Below, piece after piece: positions 10,058 through 18,044 of a stretch of DNA of 35,529 nucleotides. The position numbers and the translations under genes are program-made. The stretch covers positions 1-35,529 of the forward strand of contig JAPHRB010000067.1 in the NCBI GenBank assembly GCA_026197015.1, given 5' to 3'. This stretch comes from Gammaproteobacteria bacterium. GTDB taxonomy: Bacteria; Pseudomonadota; Gammaproteobacteria; SZUA-229. Numbering within the stretch: the first letter of the stretch is position 1; each line of letters starts with the position of its first letter. Below the pieces are notes generated by a model. The model made no database searches. It had not been told where the DNA came from and worked only from the letters and a program-made list of their open reading frames with translations.

Positions 10058-11301
10058 TATTATTGCTTTGCAGTTTTACTGTAGAAGCAGTCTCGATTAT
10101 TAATAATATTCGTTATAAGGGAAATGAAATTACTCAGCCTTCAGTACTAAATAGAGAAATCTATATAATACCAGGGGCTGAATTAAACGATGCTTTAATT
10201 GAAAAATCCAGGCAGGCTATTATGGATCTTGGCCTGTTTAAGTCTGTGCGTTATTATCTTGAAGAAAACTATACAACTGTAAAAACAAACTCAATGGTGT
10301 CCCAGGTTGATGTTGTTTTTGTCGTTGAAGAAAAATATTATCTTTTAGTTTTTCCCAGATTAAAAATTAATGACGAAGAAATACATGTCGGTTTGCAGCT
10401 TAAATGGGATAATGTTTTAGGATTAAACCATGAAACCCGAGTTTTGGCAGAAGACCGTGGTGTTACAAGTGGTATTGGTGAAAGTCGTTATTCGTTCAGG
10501 TACTTTTATCCTAACTGGAATAACAGTGCATATAATATAGATTTAACCTTACAAACTGAAAATGAGGTTAATGATAGTGTAGGTCTTATAGATAGGCGGG
10601 ATGATCTATTTATGTTTGCAGTATCTCGCTGGTTAAATGAGCGAGGGCGAAATAGAGGCTGGTTTGCAGGTGTAAGTGTTTTATATCAACAGCGATTATT
10701 TGAAGACGTTATCGTTAATGCCAATTCTGAAAATGTCGATGCTGTGGTTTTAGGCGCAGAAGTCGGTTATATAAATATAAATAATTATGCATATAATCGA
10801 GGCGGTAAATCTTATGGTTATAAACTAGATTGGTCGCATGATTCTTTAGGTAGTGAATCAGAGTTCACAAAACATCTTTTATATTACATAAGTTACTATC
10901 AATTTGATAAATATCCGACATCAAATCTGAATGTTCAAATGAAAATAGGCCATTCTAACGAACAGTTTTTGGGTGAAGATGCCTTTAGCCTGGGTAGTAG
11001 TGATGACTTTCGGGGTTATGATAATGATCGATTTACGGGTAATACAATGTTCCTGACTAATTTTGAGTATATGTTTCCTCATGTTGATTATCCGGTCATT
11101 CGTTATGCAGTATTCATTGATATTGGCAATACATATGACCAGTTAAGTGATATTTTTCATGAGGCTTTACATGTGGGTGCAGGTTTTGGTTTGCGTTGGA
11201 AAATAAGAGCCTTCGTTAAACTGGATTTAAGAGCCGATCTGGGTTATGGATTTGAAGATGAAGACTATCATTTTAGTTTTGGAACTCGCCACACGTTTTA
11301 A
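10027..11301 (+). CDS. Omp85-family outer membrane protein (single POTRA plus surface-antigen D15 beta-barrel)
   Basis: Signal peptide FLWLILLLCSFTVEA. POTRA-like segment IRYKGNEITQPSVLNREI...GLFKSV. Aromatic-rich beta-strand pattern ending in a C-terminal ...FSFGTRHTF. Overlaps the EamA gene by 31 nt. Confidence 0.7.
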   Translation: MEKTKTFLWLILLLCSFTVEAVSIINNIRYKGNEITQPSVLNREIYIIPGAELNDALIEKSRQAIMDLGLFKSVRYYLEENYTTVKTNSMVSQVDVVFVVEEKYYLLVFPRLKINDEEIHVGLQLKWDNVLGLNHETRVLAEDRGVTSGIGESRYSFRYFYPNWNNSAYNIDLTLQTENEVNDSVGLIDRRDDLFMFAVSRWLNERGRNRGWFAGVSVLYQQRLFEDVIVNANSENVDAVVLGAEVGYININNYAYNRGGKSYGYKLDWSHDSLGSESEFTKHLLYYISYYQFDKYPTSNLNVQMKIGHSNEQFLGEDAFSLGSSDDFRGYDNDRFTGNTMFLTNFEYMFPHVDYPVIRYAVFIDIGNTYDQLSDIFHEALHVGAGFGLRWKIRAFVKLDLRADLGYGFEDEDYHFSFGTRHTF

Positions 11302-11414
11302 TTTTTTTCTGAAAGTTAATTCCTGTAAGTTAAAACCACTGTAATTTAAAGCAGGGGTGACGCCAAATTGCATCACCCATTAGTCGATTAGTAAATGCAG
11401 CCTGTAGAGGAGGC

Positions 11415-12020
11415 TTACTCTTCAGCAGGTTTAGCTTTTGGTGGAAAATGTTCTAAAATTTTGTGTACTGCGTTTTTAATTTTTTCTGTCTGTTTTTCGG
11501 GCGTAGATGCCGGGCTAACAATAGCTTTGGCTGTTGCACGCCAGATAAGCTTTTTGGTTTTAGCATCAACCACATCGAGAATTAAAGTTCCCTGTTCATA
11601 TTCATAAACACTTACGCCACCAGTACTTGCGTATGAACCAGCATAACCATAGTTGCCTGGGTGGCGATAACCATAACCACGGTAATAACCGATGGGAGCA
11701 TAAGTGTAACCCCAGTTAGTAATATCGATCTTATTCTCTTTACCAAAGTGTGTGGCGATTACAAAATCTGGATTTGACGTATTTTGATTTATGCCTTTAG
11801 CAGCCAGGTTATTTTCAACTGCGGTAACAAAACGTGCACGATTTAACTCGTCTGCTTTTATGTTTTTAGGAAAGGGTAACCAGTCAAAAGTTTTATATTT
11901 AGTAAAATCGACCTGTTCATTAAAATCGTAGTTAACAGATAAAGACGAACAGCCGCTTAAAATAATAAATGCGACTGACGCTAATAAAGTGCTGCCAAAA
12001 TTGATATTGCGTATATTCAT
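11415..12020 (-). CDS. DUF4136 lipoprotein
   Basis: Lipobox ILSGCSS. YDF...VDFTKYKTFDW and GTLILDVVDAKTKKLIWRATA are typical of DUF4136. Start at MNIRNINF (ATG 12020). Confidence 0.75.
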   Translation of the reverse strand: MNIRNINFGSTLLASVAFIILSGCSSLSVNYDFNEQVDFTKYKTFDWLPFPKNIKADELNRARFVTAVENNLAAKGINQNTSNPDFVIATHFGKENKIDITNWGYTYAPIGYYRGYGYRHPGNYGYAGSYASTGGVSVYEYEQGTLILDVVDAKTKKLIWRATAKAIVSPASTPEKQTEKIKNAVHKILEHFPPKAKPAEE

Positions 12021-12071
12021 GGAGAGTCCTTTATAATCGTATCTCCCCAATTCTAACGATTATTAGTCACT

Positions 12072-12689
12072 TTATCTATGCTTAATACCCTGCATGGTTA
12101 TATAACCAGATAATGACTCAATTTTTTGAAACCAGCTATGTATTGCTGGATAACCGTCAAGTGAAATCCCGCCTTCTTCACAAAGAGCGATATATGGATA
12201 ACAGGCTATATCGGCTATGCTAGGTTTGTTTGTCGCAAGCCAGTCATTGTTGCTTAAATGCCTTTCTATCCATTCCAGAGTAAGTTTTCCCTGTGTTTGA
12301 GCAAGTTCAAGATCACATTCATAGCCAAATTTCAGTCTCGACCTGGCCTTACCCAGAAAATTAAAAATTTCTCCGTTTGCCACCGTTAACCACTGAGTAA
12401 TCAGAGCCATATCCGTAGCATCGTTCGGGTACCAGTGATTATCTTTGAGTCGTGAAGCGTACTTTTGTGCCAGATATATCAAAATAGCCTGTGAGTCCCA
12501 TATAACTACTGTTTCATCTTCTAGTGCAGGAAACTCTCCACGGGGGTTAAGTTTTAAATAAGCTTCGCTTTTATGCTGCTTATTGTTAACGTCCAGTTTA
12601 ATGAACTTATATTTAATGTTTAATAAATTTAATAAAAGTTTAACTTTATAAGTATTGCCCGAAACGTCTAAACCATATAGTTTTATCAT
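12072..12689 (-). CDS. Glutathione S-transferase
   Basis: Thioredoxin-like N-domain (MIKLYG..., FPALEDETVVIWDSQAILIYLAQKY) followed by a helical C-domain. Confidence 0.85.
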   Translation of the reverse strand: MIKLYGLDVSGNTYKVKLLLNLLNIKYKFIKLDVNNKQHKSEAYLKLNPRGEFPALEDETVVIWDSQAILIYLAQKYASRLKDNHWYPNDATDMALITQWLTVANGEIFNFLGKARSRLKFGYECDLELAQTQGKLTLEWIERHLSNNDWLATNKPSIADIACYPYIALCEEGGISLDGYPAIHSWFQKIESLSGYITMQGIKHR

Positions 12690-12701
12690 AAGTTGTCCTT
12701 A

Positions 12702-13106
12702 TCAAATTATATTTAAAAGACTTAAACCGAGAATTAATTGTGCGAAAAAACCGCACAAAAATGCAACAACTCTGATTAGCGGAATAGCAAAAGTAAAAGC
12801 CAGAAAGTGGGTCAGTCGAGAGTAGAAATATAACTCAACTGCGAAGGCGCTATAAGCAGAATGCGACTGCGTTATTTCTATAAGTATTACCAGGGGTGCG
12901 AAGATGACTAAATTTTCTACTGCATTATCATGAGCTCGCATCATACGTTCGGCCCATTGTGCTTTTGGCCGTGTATCAGGTTGTGGGTTATAGAGTGCTG
13001 GCCATATACCCGTTTCGGCCATTCGATTAATAATGTAAGGGATCCACATGATTGATGTGAAAAGTGTAACTATACTTAGCCATATTATTTCATTTGATAT
13101 TGCCAT
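12702..13106 (-). CDS. MAPEG-family membrane protein
   Basis: Has MRAHDNAVENLVIFAPLV and about four hydrophobic helices. Start at MAISNE (ATG 13106) with an AAGGA Shine-Dalgarno. Confidence 0.7.
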   Translation of the reverse strand: MAISNEIIWLSIVTLFTSIMWIPYIINRMAETGIWPALYNPQPDTRPKAQWAERMMRAHDNAVENLVIFAPLVILIEITQSHSAYSAFAVELYFYSRLTHFLAFTFAIPLIRVVAFLCGFFAQLILGLSLLNII

Positions 13107-13174
13107 TTGATCGTCCTTTTGTTGCTTGTACATACAATTATTAATTATTGGTCACGTGAAAAATTAAATAATAA

Positions 13175-13591
13175 TTAAGAGATTTGTTTTCGAGTGTCTC
13201 GCAAGCCGGTTACCAGCTCAGAAAATGCCTGTTTGCCAATGATATTATTCATATTGTTGAAAAGTTCCTGACCGGTATTTTCCAGTTTTTTATGAATTTT
13301 TTTCGCCTGTTGTGTGGCTGAAATATGAATGCCTCTTTTATCGTCACTATCAGATGAGCGTGTTAAAAAACCTTTGTTAATAAGACTATCAACAAATCGA
13401 GTGACGGTTGAAGGGGCTAATTCAAGCTCTTCTGCAATCTGCTTCATAGAAATGCCTGGTTGATCTAAAACCACGCGTAATACATAGGCGTGTGCAGGGG
13501 ATAAACCAAAAGGTTTAAATGCATCATCCCATATTTTATTTATCTGGCGAGCAAGTGCGTTAGTATTAAAATATATGCATTTTTCAAACAT
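13175..13591 (-). CDS. MarR-family transcriptional regulator
   Basis: Winged-helix segment MKQIAEELELAPSTVTRFVDSLINKGFLTRSSDSDDKRG. 138 aa. Confidence 0.88.
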   Translation of the reverse strand: MFEKCIYFNTNALARQINKIWDDAFKPFGLSPAHAYVLRVVLDQPGISMKQIAEELELAPSTVTRFVDSLINKGFLTRSSDSDDKRGIHISATQQAKKIHKKLENTGQELFNNMNNIIGKQAFSELVTGLRDTRKQIS

Positions 13592-13604
13592 GGGTGTATT
13601 GAAG

Positions 13605-13636
13605 CATTATTTAGTTGTATATGCAACTAAATAATG
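13605..13636. promoter_or_regulatory. Perfect 13-bp inverted repeat, candidate MarR operator
   Basis: CATTATTTAGTTG (13605-13617), 6-nt spacer TATATG, then CAACTAAATAATG (13624-13636). It starts 14 nt upstream of the marR ATG and ends 3 nt from the hopJ-family stop. Confidence 0.45.
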
Positions 13637-13638
13637 AA

Positions 13639-13989
13639 TTAGGCATTGTTTTGTTTTTCAGTTAACGGCTCTGAGTTAAATACAATCCCAGACCAGCCCG
13701 TTTTCATGAAGTTTCGAATATTCTGATGATCGGAGTTATGGGGATTATCAAGAACATCCTTGCGGTAATAATCACCAAAGCAGTGCAGGGTCTGTTGTTC
13801 AGTTAATTTATGCATAAGTGCGAAGGCAAAAATTTTGCATGAACCATTGTTTTCATTTTCTGCATTTAGCTGTTCGCCATTTTTAAACTCAGCGGGTGTG
13901 AAATTGTAATTTTCATCAATGCTAGACATAGTATCTTCAAAACTGTTATTTTGAGGATTTTGATTAAGTTTTTGTAAAAAATCATTCAT
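13639..13989 (-). CDS. HopJ type III effector family protein (PF08888-like)
   Basis: Has NGSCKIFAFALMHKL, CFGDYYRKDVLDNPHNSDHQNIRNFMKTGW. 116 aa. Confidence 0.7.
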   Translation of the reverse strand: MNDFLQKLNQNPQNNSFEDTMSSIDENYNFTPAEFKNGEQLNAENENNGSCKIFAFALMHKLTEQQTLHCFGDYYRKDVLDNPHNSDHQNIRNFMKTGWSGIVFNSEPLTEKQNNA

Positions 13990-14178
13990 ATTGACAAGTG
14001 TGAATTAGTTTATAAAAAGGGTGTATTAGTTTAGTCTATCGTATGATTTGAAGATATGAATTTCATTAATATTATATTTTAGGTAAGTTTGTGTCATATC
14101 AAGATCGTTCTGACTACTGTATAGCTAAATAGAAAAACTTTATAATAATTTAACCTAACCTAACTACAAGAGAATATT

Positions 14179-15402
14179 ATGCCACTAATTCGACCTTTTG
14201 CCGGTTTACGCCCCGTTCCTGAACGTGTTGAAGACGTAGTAGCGCCACCTTATGATGTTTTGAATAGTTCAGAGGCGCGCGAACGAGCTGCGGGCAAACC
14301 GATGAGTTTTTTGCATATATCAAAAGCTGAAATTGATTTACCAGAAGATACAGATCCTTATGATCCCCGTGTCTATGCAAAAGCGGCAGAAAATTTACAG
14401 AAACTAGTTGATGACGGTATTTTAATTCGCGAAAACGAACCCAGGTATTATGTGTATCGATTAAAGATGGGAGATATCGTGCAAACGGGGCTGGTCGCAG
14501 CTGCATCAGTTAAACACTATGATAGCAATCGAATTCGTAAACATGAGTTTACTCGTCCGGCAAAAGAAAATGACAGGGTTGCGCAAATAGAGGCATTAAA
14601 TGCACAAACGGGTCCTGTTTTGCTGGCATATAAATCTGATGATGAAATTGATGTTTTACTAGAGCAGGTCGCGCAGGCAAAACCTCTCTATGACCTGGTG
14701 GCTGATGACGGTATTGGACATACATTATGGGTGGTAGAAGACCAGCAGATTGCAGATAAATTATCTGCGGGTTTTGATGCAATGGAAGCGATTTATATTG
14801 CAGATGGGCACCATCGTTCTGCTTCAGCATCGAGAGTCGCTAAAACGATTGGTGGTTCTGATGAACAGATGAGTCATTATTTTTTGTCTGTAATCTTCCC
14901 GCATAAGCAAATGAAAATATTTGATTACAACCGGGTAGTAACCGATTTAAATGGGTTATCAAAAGACGATTTTATCGTCAAAGTAGAAGAAAACTTCAGC
15001 TGTGTTAAAACATCAGCGCCGGTTAGGCCATCCAAACCAAATGAGTTTGGTATGTATATTGATGGTGACTGGTATCAGTTAAATATTAAACCTGAATTAA
15101 TTTCTAATGACCCTGTCGGTCGACTGGATGTGAGTTTGCTTGCCAATAATCTACTCGGTCCCATATTAAACATTACAGACCCAAGAACTGATCCTCGAAT
15201 TGATTTTGTTGGTGGCATAAGAGGTTTGGAAGGTTTAGAGAAACGGGTTGATAGTGGCGAAATGGCGGTTGCATTCTCTATGTATGCAACAAGCATGGAA
15301 GATCTTATGCTGGTCGCAGATGCGGGTGAAGTGATGCCGCCGAAATCAACCTGGTTTGAGCCGAAGTTGGCGGATGGCCTGGTTTCTCACGTGCTTGACT
15401 AA
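14179..15402 (+). CDS. DUF1015 domain-containing protein
   Basis: N-terminus MPLIRPFAGLRPVPERVEDVVAPPYDVL and IADGHHR are hallmark DUF1015 motifs. 407 aa. Confidence 0.85.
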   Translation: MPLIRPFAGLRPVPERVEDVVAPPYDVLNSSEARERAAGKPMSFLHISKAEIDLPEDTDPYDPRVYAKAAENLQKLVDDGILIRENEPRYYVYRLKMGDIVQTGLVAAASVKHYDSNRIRKHEFTRPAKENDRVAQIEALNAQTGPVLLAYKSDDEIDVLLEQVAQAKPLYDLVADDGIGHTLWVVEDQQIADKLSAGFDAMEAIYIADGHHRSASASRVAKTIGGSDEQMSHYFLSVIFPHKQMKIFDYNRVVTDLNGLSKDDFIVKVEENFSCVKTSAPVRPSKPNEFGMYIDGDWYQLNIKPELISNDPVGRLDVSLLANNLLGPILNITDPRTDPRIDFVGGIRGLEGLEKRVDSGEMAVAFSMYATSMEDLMLVADAGEVMPPKSTWFEPKLADGLVSHVLD

Positions 15403-15693
15403 TTTAAAGTTAGTAACATTTGCGTTTGCTCACAAATAAATTATAGGACTGCGTTTTACCGGCATAAGTGGCGAATATCGTCAGGGTGATGTTGTGTCTC
15501 GTATAATTCAGTTGGCTCGACTTTCCACAAAGCAGAGTACGGCCAGAAAGGTCGACTAATCCTGGTCTGTCTCTGATTGTCTATTGAAATAATACCAGTC
15601 CGCACCCATATACTGTAACAAACACATAAATCAGGCTTACTGCCTGTTGAAATGAAATAGATGTTCTCATTCTCTTTCTGCTAAGGTACTCGC

Positions 15694-16290
15694 ATGAAAA
15701 AACCAACACTACACCTCGGCTTATACGCCGTACTAATTTATTCACTGATGTTATCGGGCTGCGGTATGCAAAGCATTCCAACAGCACTTAATGAAGTTGA
15801 AGCGGCATGGTCAGAAGTGCTTAACCAGTATAAACGTCGCTCAGATCTGATTCCTAATCTGGTCAATATCGTTAAAGGTTCAGCCGCCCATGAAAAGGAA
15901 ACACTCACTGCGGTGATAGAAGCTCGTGCCCAAGCAACTCAAACACAGATTAGCGCCGATCAACTAACCCCTGAAACCATGAGCAAGTTCTCTCAGGCGC
16001 AGTCGGGGCTGAGTTCTGCTCTGTCGCGTTTGATGGTGGTTGTCGAACGTTACCCGGACCTCAAGGCAAATCAAAACTTTCGCGATCTTCAGGTGCAACT
16101 TGAAGGTACAGAAAACCGTATAACCGTTGCCAGAAATCGTTACATACAAAGCATTAAGGAATTTAATAATCTTGTAACAGTGCCTCCTACTTCCTGGTAC
16201 AACGCCATCTTCCTGAACCATGAGAAAAAACCTCAGTTCACGGTAGAAAATGAAGCGGCGATCAAACAAGCACCGCAAATCGACTTTTAA
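15694..16290 (+). CDS. LemA-family protein
   Basis: Lipobox-like LMLSGCG. Has RRSDLIPNLVNIVKG, ERYPDLKANQNF and ENRITVARNRY. Confidence 0.88.
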   Translation: MKKPTLHLGLYAVLIYSLMLSGCGMQSIPTALNEVEAAWSEVLNQYKRRSDLIPNLVNIVKGSAAHEKETLTAVIEARAQATQTQISADQLTPETMSKFSQAQSGLSSALSRLMVVVERYPDLKANQNFRDLQVQLEGTENRITVARNRYIQSIKEFNNLVTVPPTSWYNAIFLNHEKKPQFTVENEAAIKQAPQIDF

Positions 16291-17021
16291 TGTTAAGTAG
16301 AATGTTTTTCCTGCTGAGCTTGCTGGGTTGCCTATGGATTAGCCCGGTATTTGCTCTCGAAGTGCCTGAACACAGCGGTCCGGTGGTTGATCTTGCTGGC
16401 GTGTTAAGTTCTGGCGATCAGGCTAAAATTTCATCCAGCTTATTACAGTTTCAGCAAAAATATGGTCCACAGCTACAGGTGCTTGTTGTGCCCTCGCTGG
16501 AAGATGAATCCTTAGAAGGTTACTCAATAAAAGTCGTTGATAAATGGAAGCTGGGAAGCAAAGAAAAGGATGACGGCGTACTGCTTTTAGTCGCTATAGA
16601 AAATCGCAAGGTACGTATAGAAGTCGGCCGTGGCCTTGAAGGTATGCTTCCCGATGTTATCGCCGGTCGAATTATACGTACGGGTATCGTTCCATTTTTC
16701 AAACAGGGTCAAACCGGCGCAGGCATACTCGTTGGTCTTGGCATGATTGCCGAGAGTGTTGGCGGAAAACTGGAAGACGTTCCAGCTCCTCGTTTACATA
16801 AAACAAAACGCAGCAGTGGTGGCCTTGGTTATCTGCTGTTTATCGGCCTGTTTTTAATTGGTCCTCTGTTTGGTCGAAGAAGGCGTGGCGGTGTTGGCAA
16901 TGCATTGTTAAGCGCATTATTAATGGGGGCTGCCATGAGTGGCGGTCGCCGTGGTGGTGGCGGTGGTTTTGGCGGCGGTGGTGGCGGATTCTCCGGCGGC
17001 GGCGCAAGCGGAAGCTGGTAG
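16290..17021 (+). CDS. TPM-domain protein (YgcG-like) with Gly-rich C-terminus
   Basis: Signal peptide, then VVDLAGVL, DDGVLLLVAIENRKVRIEVGRGLEG, a TM segment and a GGGGGFGGGGGGFSGGGASGSW tail. The start overlaps the lemA stop (TAATG). Confidence 0.85.
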   Translation: MLSRMFFLLSLLGCLWISPVFALEVPEHSGPVVDLAGVLSSGDQAKISSSLLQFQQKYGPQLQVLVVPSLEDESLEGYSIKVVDKWKLGSKEKDDGVLLLVAIENRKVRIEVGRGLEGMLPDVIAGRIIRTGIVPFFKQGQTGAGILVGLGMIAESVGGKLEDVPAPRLHKTKRSSGGLGYLLFIGLFLIGPLFGRRRRGGVGNALLSALLMGAAMSGGRRGGGGGFGGGGGGFSGGGASGSW

Positions 17022-17033
17022 GGGTGAGATAAG

Positions 17034-17654
17034 ATGATTGAAATTACACAAACCGACCACGACAAAATAATACAGGCTGTGCTCGAAGCTGAAAAGCATA
17101 CGACGGGTGAAATAGTGCCCATGATCGTTGCACAAAGCGATGACTACTCCGGGGCCCGTTGGCGGTTAGCGGTAACCGGCGCTTTATTAGCGGGCTTTCT
17201 CGCCTACTTTCTTCTGGGTGATTACGATCCGGTATGGATACTTTATGCACAAATTCCAGGTTTATACCTTGGTTACGCACTGGGTAATGTTGGAGCGATT
17301 TTACGACCCTTTATGCTCAGCGATAAAATTGACGAAGAAGTTAATCAACGCGCACTGCAGGCATTTTACGAACACAATTTGCATCACACAAAAGAGCACA
17401 CGGCGATCCTTATAATGGTCTCCCTGCTCGAACACCGCGTAGAAATTCTCGCCGATGCGGGTATCAATGCAAAAGTTCCCAAAGATACCTGGCAAACCAT
17501 TGTAAACGACATGATCGTCGCCATAAAAACAAAAGACCTTGGCGAAGGTATCTGTATCGCCGTTCGTGAATGTGGTGATATCCTCGCAAAAGACTTTCCC
17601 GGACAGCACGATAATCCCGATGAGCTTAGTAATAAGTTGATTGTTGAAGAATAA
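17034..17654 (+). CDS. TPM/DUF477-family protein (third gene of the LemA-TPM-TPM operon)
   Basis: Has AEKHTTGEIVPMIV and HTAILIMVSLLEHRVEILADAGI, two central TM helices, and a GGGGTGAG Shine-Dalgarno. Confidence 0.75.
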   Translation: MIEITQTDHDKIIQAVLEAEKHTTGEIVPMIVAQSDDYSGARWRLAVTGALLAGFLAYFLLGDYDPVWILYAQIPGLYLGYALGNVGAILRPFMLSDKIDEEVNQRALQAFYEHNLHHTKEHTAILIMVSLLEHRVEILADAGINAKVPKDTWQTIVNDMIVAIKTKDLGEGICIAVRECGDILAKDFPGQHDNPDELSNKLIVEE

Positions 17655-17774
17655 AGTCGAATAGAAAAATAGCGGAGAATTTAATTTTTTAATCTACTCG
17701 ATTAAAAGTTAACAACTTTGTCTTCGTTATAAATTTTGTCAGCAAATTCAGAAATGACTTCTTCCCTGGTCGGT

Positions 17775-17873
17775 TTAAGCAGGAGCAAGGAGTCTGACCC
17801 CTTGATTCCGGGAGCAAGGAGTCTGACCCCTTGATTCCTTAAGCAGGAGCAAGGAGTCTGACCCCTTGATTCC
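17775..17873. repeat. Three head-to-tail copies of a 28-bp core GGAGCAAGGAGTCTGACCCCTTGATTCC
   Basis: The unit TTAAGCAGGAGCAAGGAGTCTGACCCCTTGATTCC occurs at 17775-17809 and 17839-17873. A shorter copy GGGAGCAAGGAGTCTGACCCCTTGATTCC sits at 17810-17838. The cores are identical. Confidence 0.9.
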
Positions 17874-18044
17874 TTAAATGAAGAAACTGGAGATTTTCAA
17901 AAAACTACTCATCAACAACTAATATCAGAATTAAATTACGATGACCGATATTTTATCAATCTATTTTTAAGAAAGTACTAATACCGGTCGAGACAAATTG
18001 TTATGCAGTGAGCTTATTTTTAAAATAAAATGTTGTGTGATTTT

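Noticed and set aside
14177-15296. Antisense ORFs of 109, 93 and 73 aa inside the DUF1015 gene, and similar short ORFs inside other long genes (for example 6133-6366, 19582-19863, 22703-23299).
   Set aside because: All lie within, and antisense to or out of frame with, strongly supported genes. None shows family-like sequence.
16829-17135. Minus-strand ORFs of 97 and 71 aa, with poly-Pro and Thr/Ala runs.
   Set aside because: They are the antisense reading of the Gly-rich GGC/GGT-repeat C-terminus of the TPM protein and overlap real genes. They are a compositional artefact.
17775-17873. Possible CRISPR array, because of a repeated 28-bp unit.
   Set aside because: The copies abut each other with no unique spacers, there are only three units, and no cas genes are in the window. 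It is a plain tandem repeat.
17878-17922. 14-codon ORF (MKKLEIFKKLLINN) immediately after the tandem repeats.
   Set aside because: It has no ribosome-binding site, and an ORF this short is expected by chance in AT-rich sequence.
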